Of a stretch of DNA of 64,000 nucleotides, positions 49,250-63,156 are shown one piece after another; the stretch's first letter is position 1; each line of letters begins with the position of its first letter. A model generated the notes under the pieces. That model made no database searches, was not told where the DNA came from, and worked only from the letters and a program-made list of their open reading frames with translations. Both the position numbers and the translations under genes were made by a program. The DNA is taken from NCBI RefSeq assembly GCF_009914755.1, contig NC_060927.1; one strand, 5' to 3'. The DNA is from the human T2T-CHM13v2.0 reference genome, Homo sapiens.

Positions 49250-50902
49250 CAGGGAGTGCTAAGAATGTGTCAGATATTCTTTTTCTCTCTGTTTCCTGGG
49301 TCTGTGTGCTTCTGTGTTTGATGTCATTCTAAAATTGGGTTTAGGTGGCTGGAAATTGGCTATTGGCATCCCTAATCTTATAGCCTAATGATCTAACAGG
49401 AAGAGACCTTTTTTCTCTTAGTATCCACAGTAAAATCTCATGGAATGACTCTAATTCTAGTTATCATTCCAGCAGGAAAACAGAAAGCACATTAAGTATT
49501 TAAAATAAAATTTTAAAGCAGACAGTTGGTTTTGTGGTGTTTAACAAGCTCAGAGACAAATTGGAGAATGAGGCAGGAAATGTAGAGATTAGCAAAATAA
49601 GAAAGCAGAAACCTCTTTTAAGCCAGAGAGATAAAGTAAGAAGAATTTCCATAGCCAGGCCTGCGGCTGAAACCAGGGCGGGCCAATGGTGGGAGCTGCA
49701 GCCAAAAAGAGGCAGCCTGCTCTACCCAGAAAGAAGAACCGAAGAAGAATCCTGGCTTTCCCTTTCCTCCTGTCCTGCAGCCTCCCATCAACATCTTCCA
49801 TTGGCTGTAGCCTGCTGAGCCCGGGCCAAGTCCCCCTGTATTACACAATACAACAGGTGCAAGGAGAGGAGAGAACTGAAGGCAAACAGGCCCAGGACTG
49901 GCATATCTTGCTTGGGTAGTGTACCCACAGGCATTGTGTTCCGGGAATATTGCTCCAGCTTGGGTCACATACCCACTATGAAGTGGACAGATGGAAGATG
50001 ACTTGGTTGATAGGATAGCATGGACTGGAGAAAGGACAATTATATCAGGGAAGGGATGTTGGCATCAAAACATTAAAGAACTTCTACTACACTCCCTGAC
50101 AAAGTACAAGTACTCCCTGGGAAAGAACTACTTTAAAACTCGTCAGTCATCTCCCTTGTCTGAGCAGGGTTTGAATAGGGTCGGTAGGGAGATCAAGAAA
50201 TTAGGGAGACCAAGAAATTATTTGGTGCCTTGGAAGTTGAGGAGCAAAAAGAGAAATTAGAAGAGCAGAAGGGTGACTTACTTTAAAAACAAGAGATTGC
50301 AGGAAAGGGAGACTCAAGGCACTGCAGAACTCATTTTTGTGATATTGTATATGGGCAGCTGTGCCTTTCTGTGTTTTCTAGTTTATTTTGTGTGATAACA
50401 GTGCCCAATAGCACTTTATTTTTTATTGTGGTGGCATGTGCAGTTTCTTTGGGGAGCAAACCGTCCTGACCTTTGGATTTCCTTTTCTGGGTCTTAATTG
50501 ACAATTCAGAGTTCACTGTTAAATTGTCAGAGTTTGGATTGCTTTTTCTCTTATCTTTCCTATTTTAAAGTTTATCTTGCCTCTCTTTTTTTTTTCTTCC
50601 TGTCACCAACAAAGGGAGATCGTTCTCAAGCTCATTGCTATCAGCTTATCATTGCCTCATTCAGAAGAGCTTGGCATTTTTTGTAAGTGTTTGGGAAATC
50701 TGAGACAGAAGTGTCAACTGGATTTTACCAGTCTGTCAAACACCGGAGCTCTCTGGCTCTGTGGAAACCCCTTAATGTAACCTTTTAGTTCCTATGGCTC
50801 CTCAGATGAGGTCCAAGACTGTTCCACACTGGGGGTTGCGGGGAGGGGGGTTACTGAAAGAGGAAACTGCTGTAACAATTTCAGCTTTAAAAAATATTCA
50901 CA

Positions 50903-51431
50903 TACAACTCAATAGCAAAAAAAACCCAAAATCAAAACCATACAAAACAAAAAACCTGATTAAAAAATGAGCAAAGGACCTGAGTAGACATTTTCCCAAA
51001 AAACACATGCAAGTTGCCAACAGTTATATGAAATGATGTTCAACATCACTAACCATCAGGGAAATGCAAATGAAAGCCACAATGAGATATCACTTCATAC
51101 TTGTTAGAATGGCTATGATCAATAATGTTAAAAGATAACAAGCGTTAGCTAGGATGTGGAGAAAAGGGAATCCTTTTACATTGTTGGTGGGAATTGAAAT
51201 TGGTATACCCACTATAGAAAACAGTATGAATGCTCCTCAAAAAATTACAAAGAGAACAACCATATGACCCACAATCCCTTTGATGGGTATATATCCAAAG
51301 GAAATGAAGTCAGTACTTCAGGGAGATATTTCTGCTCCCACGTTTATTGTGGCATTATTCATGATAGCTAAGATATACAAACAACATAAGTGTCCATTGA
51401 AGGATGAATGGATAAAAAAATTATGATACAG

Positions 51432-51470
<39 letters not shown>

Positions 51471-51805
51471 ATGGAGTACTATTCAGCCTTAAAAAAGGAG
51501 GTACTGCTATTTGTAATAACATGATTAACCTGAAGGATATTATGGTAAGTGAAATAACCCAGACACAGAAAGAAACGTACTGCATGATCTTACTTATATG
51601 TAGAATCTAAAAAGAAGTCAAGCTCACAGTAACAGAGAGTAGAATGGACTGGGACTGGGAAGTTGGGGGAAAGGGGAGATGTTGGTCAAATGGTACAACA
51701 TTCAGTTATAGGATAAATAAGTTCTGGAGATATAATGTACAGCATGGTGACTATAGTTGATAACGGTGTATTACACATTTGAAATTTGCTGGGAGCAGAA
51801 AAAGC
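50903..51805 (+). mobile_element. Old L1M 3' fragment containing (CA)n at about 51433-51469
   Basis: L1 ORF2-end/3'UTR text; candidate TSD AATATTCACA at 50893-50902 and 51806-51815. Confidence 0.8.
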
Positions 51806-53400
51806 AATATTCACAAAGCGTATCTTTTACAAAAGCAAAATCCATAATTCCCTAACTTTCACTATTGTCTGTTTTTCCATAATCTCTATGCTGTTTGTCT
51901 GAAAACATAAGAATTTTACATAACTAATGACAATACATGATTTGATTTTCACTTATTACCTAGTTATGCAGTCTTCTTAATGATTACATAATATGATATA
52001 ATTTACTAAGTTGTTTCCCTAGTATTGTCTATTTAGATCATTTTAATATTTAACATGTAGTGACACTGTGATGAATAAACTAGTACATGTATTTTTTCCT
52101 TTCTTTTTCATTATTTCCTTAAAATAAATTCTCTTGACTCAGATAAATGTGCCAAATTCTCTTGACCAGATAAATGTAAGACCCTAGTGTATATTGGTAT
52201 ATTGTTTAGAAAACATTGCAAGAATGTATAATGTCATCAACATTTGGAGGACCATAAACTTTTTTTAATACAGTTGTTTGTTGCAGTATTTTCTTATTTA
52301 TAATTTTGGCCCATTTTCAATTGAGGTATTGTAATTTTTTCTCAGAAATTTGTGTTTCTTATCTATTATAGATCATAGCCTTTTAACTATTACACTTGGT
52401 GAAAATATTTCTTCCAGTTTATTGTTTTCTTCTCTTTTTAGAATAATGAAATGATTACTCTGGATTTGATTGGAAATGTCCAAAAGATTAATAGAGCGTT
52501 TAGGATTTTCTGAGTTTATATGCCCTTACCCAGGCAGAATAATTTTTCATGTTAGATTAAGAAATATGTTAAGAACTATGCAGAAACTTCTAAAATGTAG
52601 AACAGTGGCATAAATATGCTACGTGAGATCAAATGACTTATGTATGACACGTGACATCTCTAACCCTTCTTTACATCAGATAGCAGTTGAGTAGGGTTCC
52701 ATGACAAAGTTATTTTTTCCTTTCAAATGTTTTCTGTCTCTCTGTGTCCACCCGCCTTTTCTTAAAAAGAAAACACTAAATCTTGGAGAAGTTTTATTAG
52801 CAATTATTAATTAGAAAAAATTTTAAAAACCACAAGGAGGTTCAAAGTAACGTTACATGTGTGTCATCTACATTACTTCATTTACTTATGTACCTGTTAT
52901 AATGCGTACTTGAAAAAAAGATATAAAAGCTGCTGAAAAACTGATTAAGAAGTCAGGAGTAAGGGAAAATAAGAATAGAAACAAAAAGTATGAAGCCAGG
53001 GATGAGAGTGAGACCCAAGAATCATAATCTTGTAATTTTGCTAGGAATCAGCCACAAATTAGACTGTAAGCTTTTTAACACTCAACGTAAATATAGAAAT
53101 ATTACACAAATCCATCTCTTAACAATTAAACCAGAATTTCTTGGCGAAAATACAATTATTTTGACTGTACATGAAATTGGCATTAAGTTTCTTTGAAAAT
53201 GTCCATTTGAATATATTACCAAATCAGAGGGCAAACTATGTTGAACGGAGACCAAGATGAGATTGTTATATCTCATTTGTAAATTCAGTATATTTGCATA
53301 CATGCCTGCAAGTCTGCTAAGTGCATACACTGAAAAGTTATGTATAATCAGTGTTACTCTGAAGTTACACAATACTATGTACACATAAAGACACACTTAA

Positions 53401-53755
<355 letters not shown>

Positions 53756-53864
53756 TTTTTTTTTTTTTTTTTTTGTCTTTTGTCTTATATTTGTGTTCCT
53801 TAATTTTGACTGGTGAAATTAGTTTTCCTTTTGCTTGCTTGCTTTGGTAGAGGGTTTGCTTTTT

Positions 53865-54650
53865 TTCATTTTTAAATTAATTTTATTGATGTATGATTTA
53901 TATACAATAAAATACACTCATTTTAAGTGCACAATTAGATGAGTTTTAACAAATTCATACACCTGTAAAACTACCGTGCCAGACAAGATTAAACATGTTT
54001 CCATGACTGCATAACATTCCTTCATGCTTCTTCCCCTATTCTAATCCCCAGGCAACCACTGATCTGCTTTCTATCATCAGATCCATCAGATACACACCAT
54101 TCTGTCTCTTCCAGAATATCACACGAATCATACAGTATGTTCTCTTCTGAGTCTAGGTTCTCTCACTCAGGATGTTTTTGAGATTCATCTATATTGTTGT
54201 GTGTATCAGTGGTTAGTTTCTTTTTATTGCTAAGTAGTATTTAATTGTTTGGATATACCACAATTTGTTTATGCATTCACCAGTTCATGGGCATTTTGTT
54301 GTTTCCAAGTTTTGACTATTGTGAAATTAAAGCGCTATTAACATTGTTATACAAGTCTTTGTGTGGGTATGTTTATTCTCTCTCTCTGTTGAAATACCTG
54401 GCCATGTGCAGTGGTTCACGCCTGTAATTCCAGCAATTTAGGAGGGCAGGATTTCTTGAGCTCAGGAGTTTGAGACTAGCCTGGACAACATGGTGAAACC
54501 CCGTCTCTGAATCTAAAAAAAAAATTAAATAAGAAATATGTAGTGAAATTGCTGAGTCATAGAGTAAGTGTGTATTTACCTTTAAAAGAAACCACCAGTT
54601 TTCTAAAATGTTTGTACCATTTTATGCTCCCAACAGCAATATATGAAAGT
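53865..54650 (-). mobile_element. Old L1M 3' fragment interrupted by an Alu monomer (about 54400-54530, +)
   Basis: L1MB/ME-like 3'UTR text (AATCCCCAGGCAACCACTGATCTGCTTTCT...). Confidence 0.65.
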
Positions 54651-55537
54651 TTTGAAGTCCAATTTGTGAAGTATTTCAGAAACTGAAAATAGGTTATTTA
54701 TATTTTTTGTAGGCCACTGATCATGTTTCTAAAAAAATTCCATATATGTTAACCCTTTAACAAACAGAAGAAAAAGGAACGCAGAGTGGTATGCCTTAAC
54801 GCTGCTATCTTTTACAAAGTATTTCTCATAGAACTATAGTTCAATTCTTATCTGTATTTTTCTTGCAACCTTGCAAGTTGGTGCTTTTGTACACGTGGAA
54901 GTGTGACCTTTATAATTTGCTGAACTTTAATATAAGCTGCTATGAAGCCACGATATAACAACTGAGACTTTATGGACCTTTGTGATAAAAAAAAGAAAAT
55001 GGTATTTCTAGCCCTGTACTCAGTAGGCAACAGCTGGGTAAAGAAGAATTCCGGACTGGGAGTTGTCATCTCAGCTATAAGTTATGTGACTTGTGGCAAG
55101 ACATTTACCCCATTTACCCAGGCATCAGAACCTGAGCCTCTGTCTCTATAAAGGAACTGGCAAGACTAGGTGAACTCTAAATTTCCTACTATCTCTAAAA
55201 TTTTGTGAATCTAACTGCAGGCTGAAATTGTTCTTAAATTAACTTAAAATATTTTCTCATCTAAGAAACACATGAATATGTTTTCCTTAAAAGAAAAACA
55301 AAAAACCCAACAACAAAGAACAAATTAGAGTGTTCCAGATAGAGCTAAAGTCCCCTTTGACCATTACCACCAAATCCAAGCCCCTCTTGTCTTTTTCCTC
55401 TTCTCCCCAGAATTAACCACTGTAATGAGCTTTGTGTGTAAACTTTCAGATTTTAAAGAAATATGTGCATACATTATACACTCATAGCAACTCATAGTCT
55501 TGTGTACTTTCTTTTACATAAATGGTATAAGGAACTG

Positions 55538-56080
55538 TGTCAGTGGTCCCTAAGACCACTCCCACGTTTGATGAATCACTAGAAGCACTCATTAGATTCG
55601 GCAAAGACTCACATTCATAGCTATTATTTATTACGAAGGGATATAAAGCAAAACCAGCAAAGGAAAACGTTGCATGGGGAGAAGTGCAGAGGAAACCAGA
55701 GCAAACTTCCAGGAGTTCTCTTCCAGTGGAGTCACACGTGATGCACTTAATTTCTCCAGCAACAAACTGTGACAACATGTGAAATATTGTCTACCAGGAA
55801 ATCTCATGAAAGATTCATTAATCAGGGTTTTTATTGGGGCCTGGTCACATAGGCACCCACTGCCTGGCATGTACCAAAATTCTAGACTTCAAGAAAGCAG
55901 GTATTCTGCATAAATCACATTGTACAAACAGTTTAGACACAGTTCACCATTCTTATCAAATATGGGATGAGAACACTCCTAAAATCCAATTTCTCAGACA
56001 CCAGCCAACGGCCAATCTTGCAAGTGGGCCTTTCTGAGGACAGCAGATTCAGGCTGCTATGTTAACTATTTTCTTCACAC
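55538..56080. mobile_element. MER21-like ERVL LTR
   Basis: TGTCAGTGGTCCCTAAGACCACTCCCACGTTTGATGAATCACTAGAAG ... GCTATGTTAACTATTTTCTTCACA. Confidence 0.7.
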
Positions 56081-56611
56081 TAACGTAACTTCCTAAAACT
56101 TGCTTTTTGCACTCATCAAAATGTTTTTGATATCTAACTGTATGCATGTGTACATTTCTTTTAATTGCTCTATAGTCTTTCATTTGAAAACAAAACAATG
56201 GGTGTGCTCTTATGTGCAAGCGTTTCTCTGGTACACTGTAAATGAAATTGTTGTGTCATAAGGCATTTTAGATGTTGATACAAACTAATGTCCCCACAAC
56301 AAAGCATGAATGCCTATTTTGCCACATACTTTTTTTTTTTACAAAGTGTTATGTAACTATTTTATTTTTCTCAGATGAATATATGAAAAATGGTATCTCA
56401 TTGTGGTTTTACTTTGCATCTTTTATTATAAGTCTCTCTTTATTGAAATGGCTTTTTGAGAATGCTGTTTAATTATGCATTTATATGGAGGGACTAAAAG
56501 CAGGATCCTTGGCATAAATGTTAGATTAGAGACATGAGTGTCTCCAAGTACCCAGAGTTTGATTTTGTCTCTGATATGCATGATTCCTAGACTCTGGCAA
56601 CTAGGTTTCTT

Positions 56612-57136
<525 letters not shown>

Positions 57137-57201
57137 TGAGCCTAACAAAGCTACTCTTGATCAAATGAAAAGTTATAACTTCTTGCACATCTTGTGGCAT
57201 T

Positions 57202-57592
57202 TGTATGAGTCTACTAGGGCTACCATAACAAAACACCACAGACTGGGTGGCTTAAACATCAGAAATTTATTTTCTCATAGTTCTGGAGGCTGGAAATAAA
57301 AATTTGGTAAGTTTGGTTTCTTCTGAGGGCTCTCTCCTTGGCTTGCAGAAGGCTGCCTTCTTAATGTATCTTCACATGGCCTTGCCTCTGTGTGCACCCA
57401 TCTCTGGTTTCTCTCTGTGTGTCCTAATCTCCTCTTCTTATAAGGACATCAGTCATACTGAATTAGGGGCTCACCCCAATGACCTCGTTTTAACTTAATC
57501 ACCTCTTTAAAGAATCCATCTCCAAATACAGTCACCTTTTGAGGTGGTTCAATATATGAATTCTGGGGGAAGGATGCAATTCAGCTCACAAT
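57202..57592. mobile_element. MLT1A-like MaLR LTR
   Basis: TGTATGAGTCTACTAGGGCTACCATAACAAAACACCACAGACTGGGTGGCTTAAAC... Confidence 0.8.
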
Positions 57593-59803
57593 TGCATTTC
57601 TCTTTCAACTTGAAATCTGACAGGTAATTTAGCAGAGAAGTAACTTAGCACTGTCTCCAGGGGATGTAAATGAAGAAAAGTGAATGATTTCAAATTACTA
57701 AGAGACAAATCCTACATGGCTAGGGAGTTAGGAACTTACCCGTTGACAGCTGATCCTTTTGTTTTTTCTGGGAGCTTGCCCTGTAAAGTGGTGGGGAACT
57801 TAGTTTTCATTATTTTATTCAATAACTATGTATTGAATGTCTAGATCAGCCTCTAGTGATACAAAATCTAGGAAGAACTGCCTTTGAGAGTAGTTTCTCT
57901 AAAGAGAGATTGGACATAGAGCATCATGGTAAGGCAAAAGCATTTTAGGGATTTCACGGATGTGAAGCTGGTAGGACAGGTTGAAGTATTTTGCTTAGCT
58001 AGTGCTAAGAATCACTCACTCAAAGGTACAAAGTAAGAAATCGTTCCTTTCTCCTTCATTATCTCTGCATAGGGTGGCAGCTTCCTATGTTCACACAAGC
58101 AAATCTTTACATTTAGCCAGTGAAGGTGAGGCTGAGCTGACTAGCTGGCTCCTGTTTGGTCCTCATGATTCCCCTTCTGTTTGGAGTTCTCTTTTTTTAG
58201 CTAGCTGCTGCCACAACAGAGCTGATTCTTGGCAAGGGACATAACTTCTCGTTGGAAATTCTCATCCAAGGAGGAATGTACACGCTTTCCTTTGTTCTTC
58301 TGAGGACATATAAGATGACTCAAATTTTCAAAATGATTTATACTAAGTACTAAAGAAGAACATGATGAAACATAGATTTTATCTAACTTGCTAACAGGGC
58401 TCATAGTCTTTGTCTCATTTCTTGTCCAGTCTGAGAATCCCGTTTTCATTCTTAGGATTTTTTCCCCCCTTTCCATGTGAGGAGTTTTAGCTACACAGAC
58501 TTTCAGGGAGAAAGAGCAGGTGGTAGCTAAGTTGGTTGGTTGACTCCTTCTCTTAAAATCACAGTGTAAGTCTTAACCCTTCTTCAGACGAAACATGGAA
58601 AATAACCTGTGTAGTGCAGAATCTCATATCTTTCCTTGCTACAGTCTGGGTCAAAGATATTTCCTTGCACTCCTTCTCCTTCCTTCACATATCCTCAACT
58701 TTAATATACTACCATTAAGCAGTATTTTCTTTTCTTTTTTTTCTTAGCAGTTCCTTGGAAGAAATGAGTAGTATTTTCTAGTTCAAGACTATGCTCAGTG
58801 TTCATTTAAAACCAAATTCATCTAGATGCAGAAAAGAAGGCCAGTATGTATCTACAGACATAGTAGAAGAGACCCATCTTCTTGTAAGTGAGGTAACTGG
58901 TTCAATTCAGGTTATGGCTCTGTCACTAGATATCACCTGTATTTATTGGGAGCTTAAGTACATAGATGTGCATCAGCTTCGACTTGAGAAATCACCAGAA
59001 CCCCACCTCTCAAGTTCCACAGAAGTAGCTGGGAATAGGCTTTACCATAAAGAAGACTTTACTGATGGCTTCGGGATGAAGCATGAGGGAAATTACAACA
59101 TAAAGAGCCTCAAGTTGCTTTCGGAGTCCATGAGCTCCATGAGCTCCAGCTTTTCCACAAGGCCAGCTTATGGGTGCCTCTCTTCCTAGCGTACAGATGA
59201 CCACAGTGTAACAGGGACCAGCTTATTTCTCCTCAGTAGCAGGACTCTTGAGTGCCCCCTCACTGGGGATCCTCAGCAGATACTCTTTTCACCTTATAAT
59301 AGGCCAAGGTTCACCTCCTTATCTCCTGCCTCAGGATCTGACCTCTTTTTAGTTTAAATATACTACTATAACAGTAGTATAATTCACCTCCTTCAGGGAA
59401 TATTTTACCTTTGCCATATGGTTGTGGTTTTACCCCATCCCAAACCATCTTAATGACATCATAATACTATTATCTGACAGCAGTGCATCTCCCCAAATCT
59501 GTATTATTCAGTTTTAAAAAATAAGCAATGAATAACATTCTTTGGAGAGCAATTAGGAACTGTTTTTCATTTCTTCTGCAGTACTCCACTCCCTTATCCC
59601 TGCAAACAATTGCTCAAAGGTCAATACAACTGTTGGAAAATACAAATCAGAAGTGAACAGTGTAAACTTACATTATTTCACTCTCAAACAGAAGTTTCAG
59701 AGACTTATAACTGAAAAAGATCACACTACTTATGGTTGTAAAAGAACGTAGCTTCTCACCCTGAAACACCAGAATTTACTCCAGGTCCTTTAGGAGTATC
59801 TGG

Positions 59804-60216
59804 TGTTAAAGCAAACTAAATATGGCCTGAGAAGGACTCCATACTTCTATACTTGAATCCTTGTGGATGAACTGTAACCTAGCTTAACAGACAAGATTGA
59901 AAACCTAACTTAGAAGTATGCGTCTCTTACAATAAGCGAGTCTTGGCCAATTCCAGCCGCCACACTTCAATCACTCATAGACTGCTAAGTGTTCAAATAA
60001 GGCCAACGCCAACCTGTAACCAATCCAGCTGTTTCTGTACTTCACTGCCAATTTCTGTACCTCATTTCCCTTTTTTTGTCTATAAATCTTCCACCACGTG
60101 GCTCTGCTGGAGTCTCTTAATCTGCTGTGATTCTGGGGGCTGCCCAATTCGTGAAATCGTTCACTGCTCAATTAAACTCCTTTAAATTTAATTCAGCTTA
60201 AGTTTTTCTTTTATAA
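59804..60216 (+). mobile_element. ERV1 solo LTR (MER57A-like)
   Basis: TGTTAAAGCAAACTAAATATGGCCTGAGAAGGACTCC...; TATAAA near 60081, ATTAAA near 60171; 4-bp TSD CTGG at 59800-59803 and 60217-60220. Confidence 0.82.
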
Positions 60217-60285
60217 CTGGTAAACAACTGGAGACCAGGTAGGGTCTAAATGCTTTATTTATCAGCTTAGTCTCCACCTTAGAAG

Positions 60286-60610
60286 TGACAAACATTCTCC
60301 GTTTGGCCAAACTTCGGGCTCCTGGGCCTTCTCCTAGGACCATCTGTGCATCTTCTTGTAAAACTCAGTTTCAGCAAAGAACCTTGTTAAGGCAGTGTAG
60401 TGAGAATCCCTCACCCTTGATGGGGTTCCTCATCCTCCACCACCCCCAGGTGATGTCTGCTATCCTGGCCTATCTTCGTCTAGAATCCTGTTGTGTTGGT
60501 TTAGCCAGAATCTCCCTTGCCCCTGATATTTCCTCTTAGTAATTTTCCATCCACTGACCGACTTCCACCCCTTGGCTATAAATTCCTACTTACTCATACT
60601 GTATTTCTAT
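60286..60610 (+). mobile_element. ERV1 LTR fragment (MER31/MER67-like)
   Basis: TGACAAACATTCTCCGTTTGGCCAAACTT...CTTGGCTATAAATTCCTACTT. Confidence 0.55.
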
Positions 60611-61094
60611 TTGAACAGGTAAGGGAGAAGGGAAGAGTACGTAGGACACACTCAAATGCCTTATCCTCTAAAAATCACTCAGGAATCTTTAGCCTTAATT
60701 TCCCAGCTTTTGTCCTTTACACAGTTACAGATTTTCCTTGCTCATAAACGCTGTAGGTCTTCCCTGCTTAATTGGAAACTCCTTGCTCACAAAATGATTC
60801 ACCCCCATTCCTAGAACCGGGCTTGGCAAAGCATAGGCTCCCAATAATGAATGAATGGATTTATAGAAGAAAAGGTTTTTTCTTTTTCAGCTGTTACTAC
60901 AATGGTCAACAATAACGACAAAAACCACTTAAAGTTGGACAGACGTCTACTGCAACCAACTCTCAAAAAGTTTAGAACAGCGCACTACGCCCCGCCCATT
61001 GGCGAGAAACGGAAATACCCGCTTTCGAGAAAACCGGAAGTGCGTGGTCACGCCCCGCGCATGCGTGCATCGGGGCAGCTCACGCTTCCTAAAT

Positions 61095-61186
61095 CCCGTC
61101 ATCCAGTGAGAAAGCAGGGACTCTTCGGCCTAGGCAGCCGGGACCCAGCCAGCCCTGCGCCTCGCGCCGTCGCGCATGCGTCCTGG
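61095..61186 (+). other. TFG: TFG non-coding first exon (upstream variant); start approximate
   Basis: Donor CTGG|GTATGT at 61186/61187, downstream of the promoter motifs. Confidence 0.65.
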
Positions 61187-61274
61187 GTATGTCCACGCGC
61201 AATAAGGAGGGGCGAAAGGACATTTTTTTTTTTCTTGCTCCCGCCTCTGTTCTTCCCCCACCTGCCACGTACAG

Positions 61275-61476
61275 AGCCCAAGTTCTCGCTAGGCTTGTTG
61301 GGTCAGCGCGATTGGCCGGGGCCCGCGCGAGCCTGCGAGCGAGGTGCGGCGGTCGCGAAGGGCAACCGAGCGGGCCGTGACCACCGCCTCCCCGCGACGC
61401 CCCAGTCCAGTGGCCTCGCGTCCGCCCATTCAGCGGAGACCTGCGGAGAGGCGGCGGCCGCGGCCTCCGCAAGCCG
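61275..61476 (+). other. TFG: TFG alternative non-coding 5' exon; start approximate
   Basis: Donor GCCG|GTATGG at 61476/61477, followed by a G-rich intron start. Confidence 0.6.
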
Positions 61477-62857
61477 GTATGGCCACTGGAGACGGGGGTT
61501 GCGGGCGCTCTGTCCGAGGAGGCCGGGAGACTAGGAGGCGCTGGGAGGGCCTCGTTCGAACCGCGCGGCAGCTGGGGTCGGAGGCACTGTGGGAAGGGGC
61601 TGGAGGGAGGAGGGGGTGGGAGGGAGGAGGGGGTGGGAGGGAGGACGAGGCCGGGGGGGAGGGCGGGCGGGGCCTTGCATGGGGGGAGGGGAAGGGAGGT
61701 CGCGGAGGGGGAGGGGAGAGAGGCAACCCCTGGCTGCGGTGGCCAGGAGGCGCGCCTCGGGGGCTCCGGGAGGGGAGTGCGCCAGCTAATGCCTTGGTGC
61801 AGCCTGCCTCCAAGCGTTTGGATTGAGAGGAGAGGGGCTTTGGGAGGTTTGGGGCGGCCGGCGCCCAATACCCGAAGGAGCTCGGAAGGGTGTGGAGTGG
61901 CGCCTACGGGAATAAGTTGATTGGGGTCATAGAATCGGAGCCTAGTTCCTTGGCTAAGTCAGCGCTTAATCAAGCGCCGGCTGGAGGCCCAGCCTGGTTT
62001 ATAGTGATGATTCTAGCTAACTTTAAGAGTTTGCTTTGCTGGACACTACAGTAAGTATTTTGGATGCACTGTCTCATTTAATCATCACAAGGATTCCTCC
62101 AAATTCAGATATGGTTGTTTTCATTTCGAATGTGATGAAAGTGAGCCTTGGAGGACTTAAGATCACATAGCTAGTAGTGAGAATCTTTACCGTCTTGCTG
62201 CACTGCCTTTGAGGCAGGGTTTGAGGCCTCTTGGCATTCTTTAGAATAATTACAGGTTGACTTGGCTTAGTATTTCTTGAAGGAAACTGCTCCCCTCAGG
62301 AGGTGCTTAAGCCACAGCCTCTGAAATTGAGCAGGGTCTTACCCTTAGAGGTAGTAGAACCAGAAGTTTGTCCGCCGAACCTAGAACCTGGTTCAGGAGG
62401 CAGGCTTTTTATATGACCTTGGGCGTGTCAGATTATTCCCAGTGCTGAGAAAAGTGTACCTGGTAGAGGGTTATATTATACAAGTTAGAAGCCGAGTCAT
62501 TTCTGGACTTCAGAGGGGGCGGGGCAAGGACAAGATGGGAGAAGAGCTTGTCGTAGGGCTCCTACTGGCAGTTCTAGGAACTAGTTAATACCAGTCTCTA
62601 CTTTGGAAGAGAAAATGAGTACCAGAATTCTGTATGTGAAGTAATGTTGGGTTGGGATTTCCCCTTGAAGGGAAAGTTTTGTTGCACACTTACTTTTGAG
62701 ATACTTTTGTGTTTACTCTGGGGAGATGACTGCAAGAGCAAACGACAGCTTTAGGAAAGAAGCACTGGTTCCTGGCCACAAGATGTTTACAGTCAATAGG
62801 AAACACAAAAAGTGAATTTGCAGGTAAACACGGCAGATAGAAAGTATACGTGACTCA

Positions 62858-63156
62858 ATTTTTTTTTTTTTTTGAGACGGAGTCTGGCTCTGTCGCCCAG
62901 GCTGTAGTGCAGTGGCGTGATCCCCCAGCTCACTGCAACCTCCGCCTCCCGGGTTCAAGCGATTCTCCTGCCTCAGTCTCCTGAGTATCTGGGATTACAG
63001 GCGTGCGCCACGACAACTGGCTCATTTTTGTATTTTTAGTAGAGACAGGGTTTCACCCTGTTGATCGGTCTGGTCTTGGACTCCTGACCTCGTGATCTGC
63101 CCGCCTCGGCCTCCCAAAGTGCTGGGATTACAGGTGTGAGCCACCGTGCCCGGCCC
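62858..63156 (-). mobile_element. AluS/Y-like SINE in TFG intron 1
   Basis: Reverse Alu dimer with flanks CTCAA(T/A)TTTT. Confidence 0.92.

Larger units (their letters stand above)
60975..61910 (+). promoter_or_regulatory. TFG: CpG-island housekeeping promoter (TFG)
   Basis: Dense CpG; GC box 60990-60997, reverse CCAAT 60998-61002, ETS/GABP CCGGAAGTG 61034-61042, NRF1-like GCGCATGCGT at 61057-61066 and 61172-61181; no TATA. Gene identity rests on known ADGRG7-TFG adjacency and recalled 5'UTR sequence. Confidence 0.85.

Noticed and set aside
58791-59189. 132-aa ORF, or a retrocopy flanked by AATATACTAC (58703 and 59357)
   Set aside because: No recognisable protein similarity. The minus strand looks like an ancient LTR (TATAA, AGTAAA), and the flanking match is short and AT-rich.
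60851-61920. Long overlapping ORFs (227, 259, 160, 127 aa) on both strands
   Set aside because: Low-complexity Pro/Gly/Arg/Ala ORFs expected from stop-codon depletion in a CpG island; no recognisable domain.
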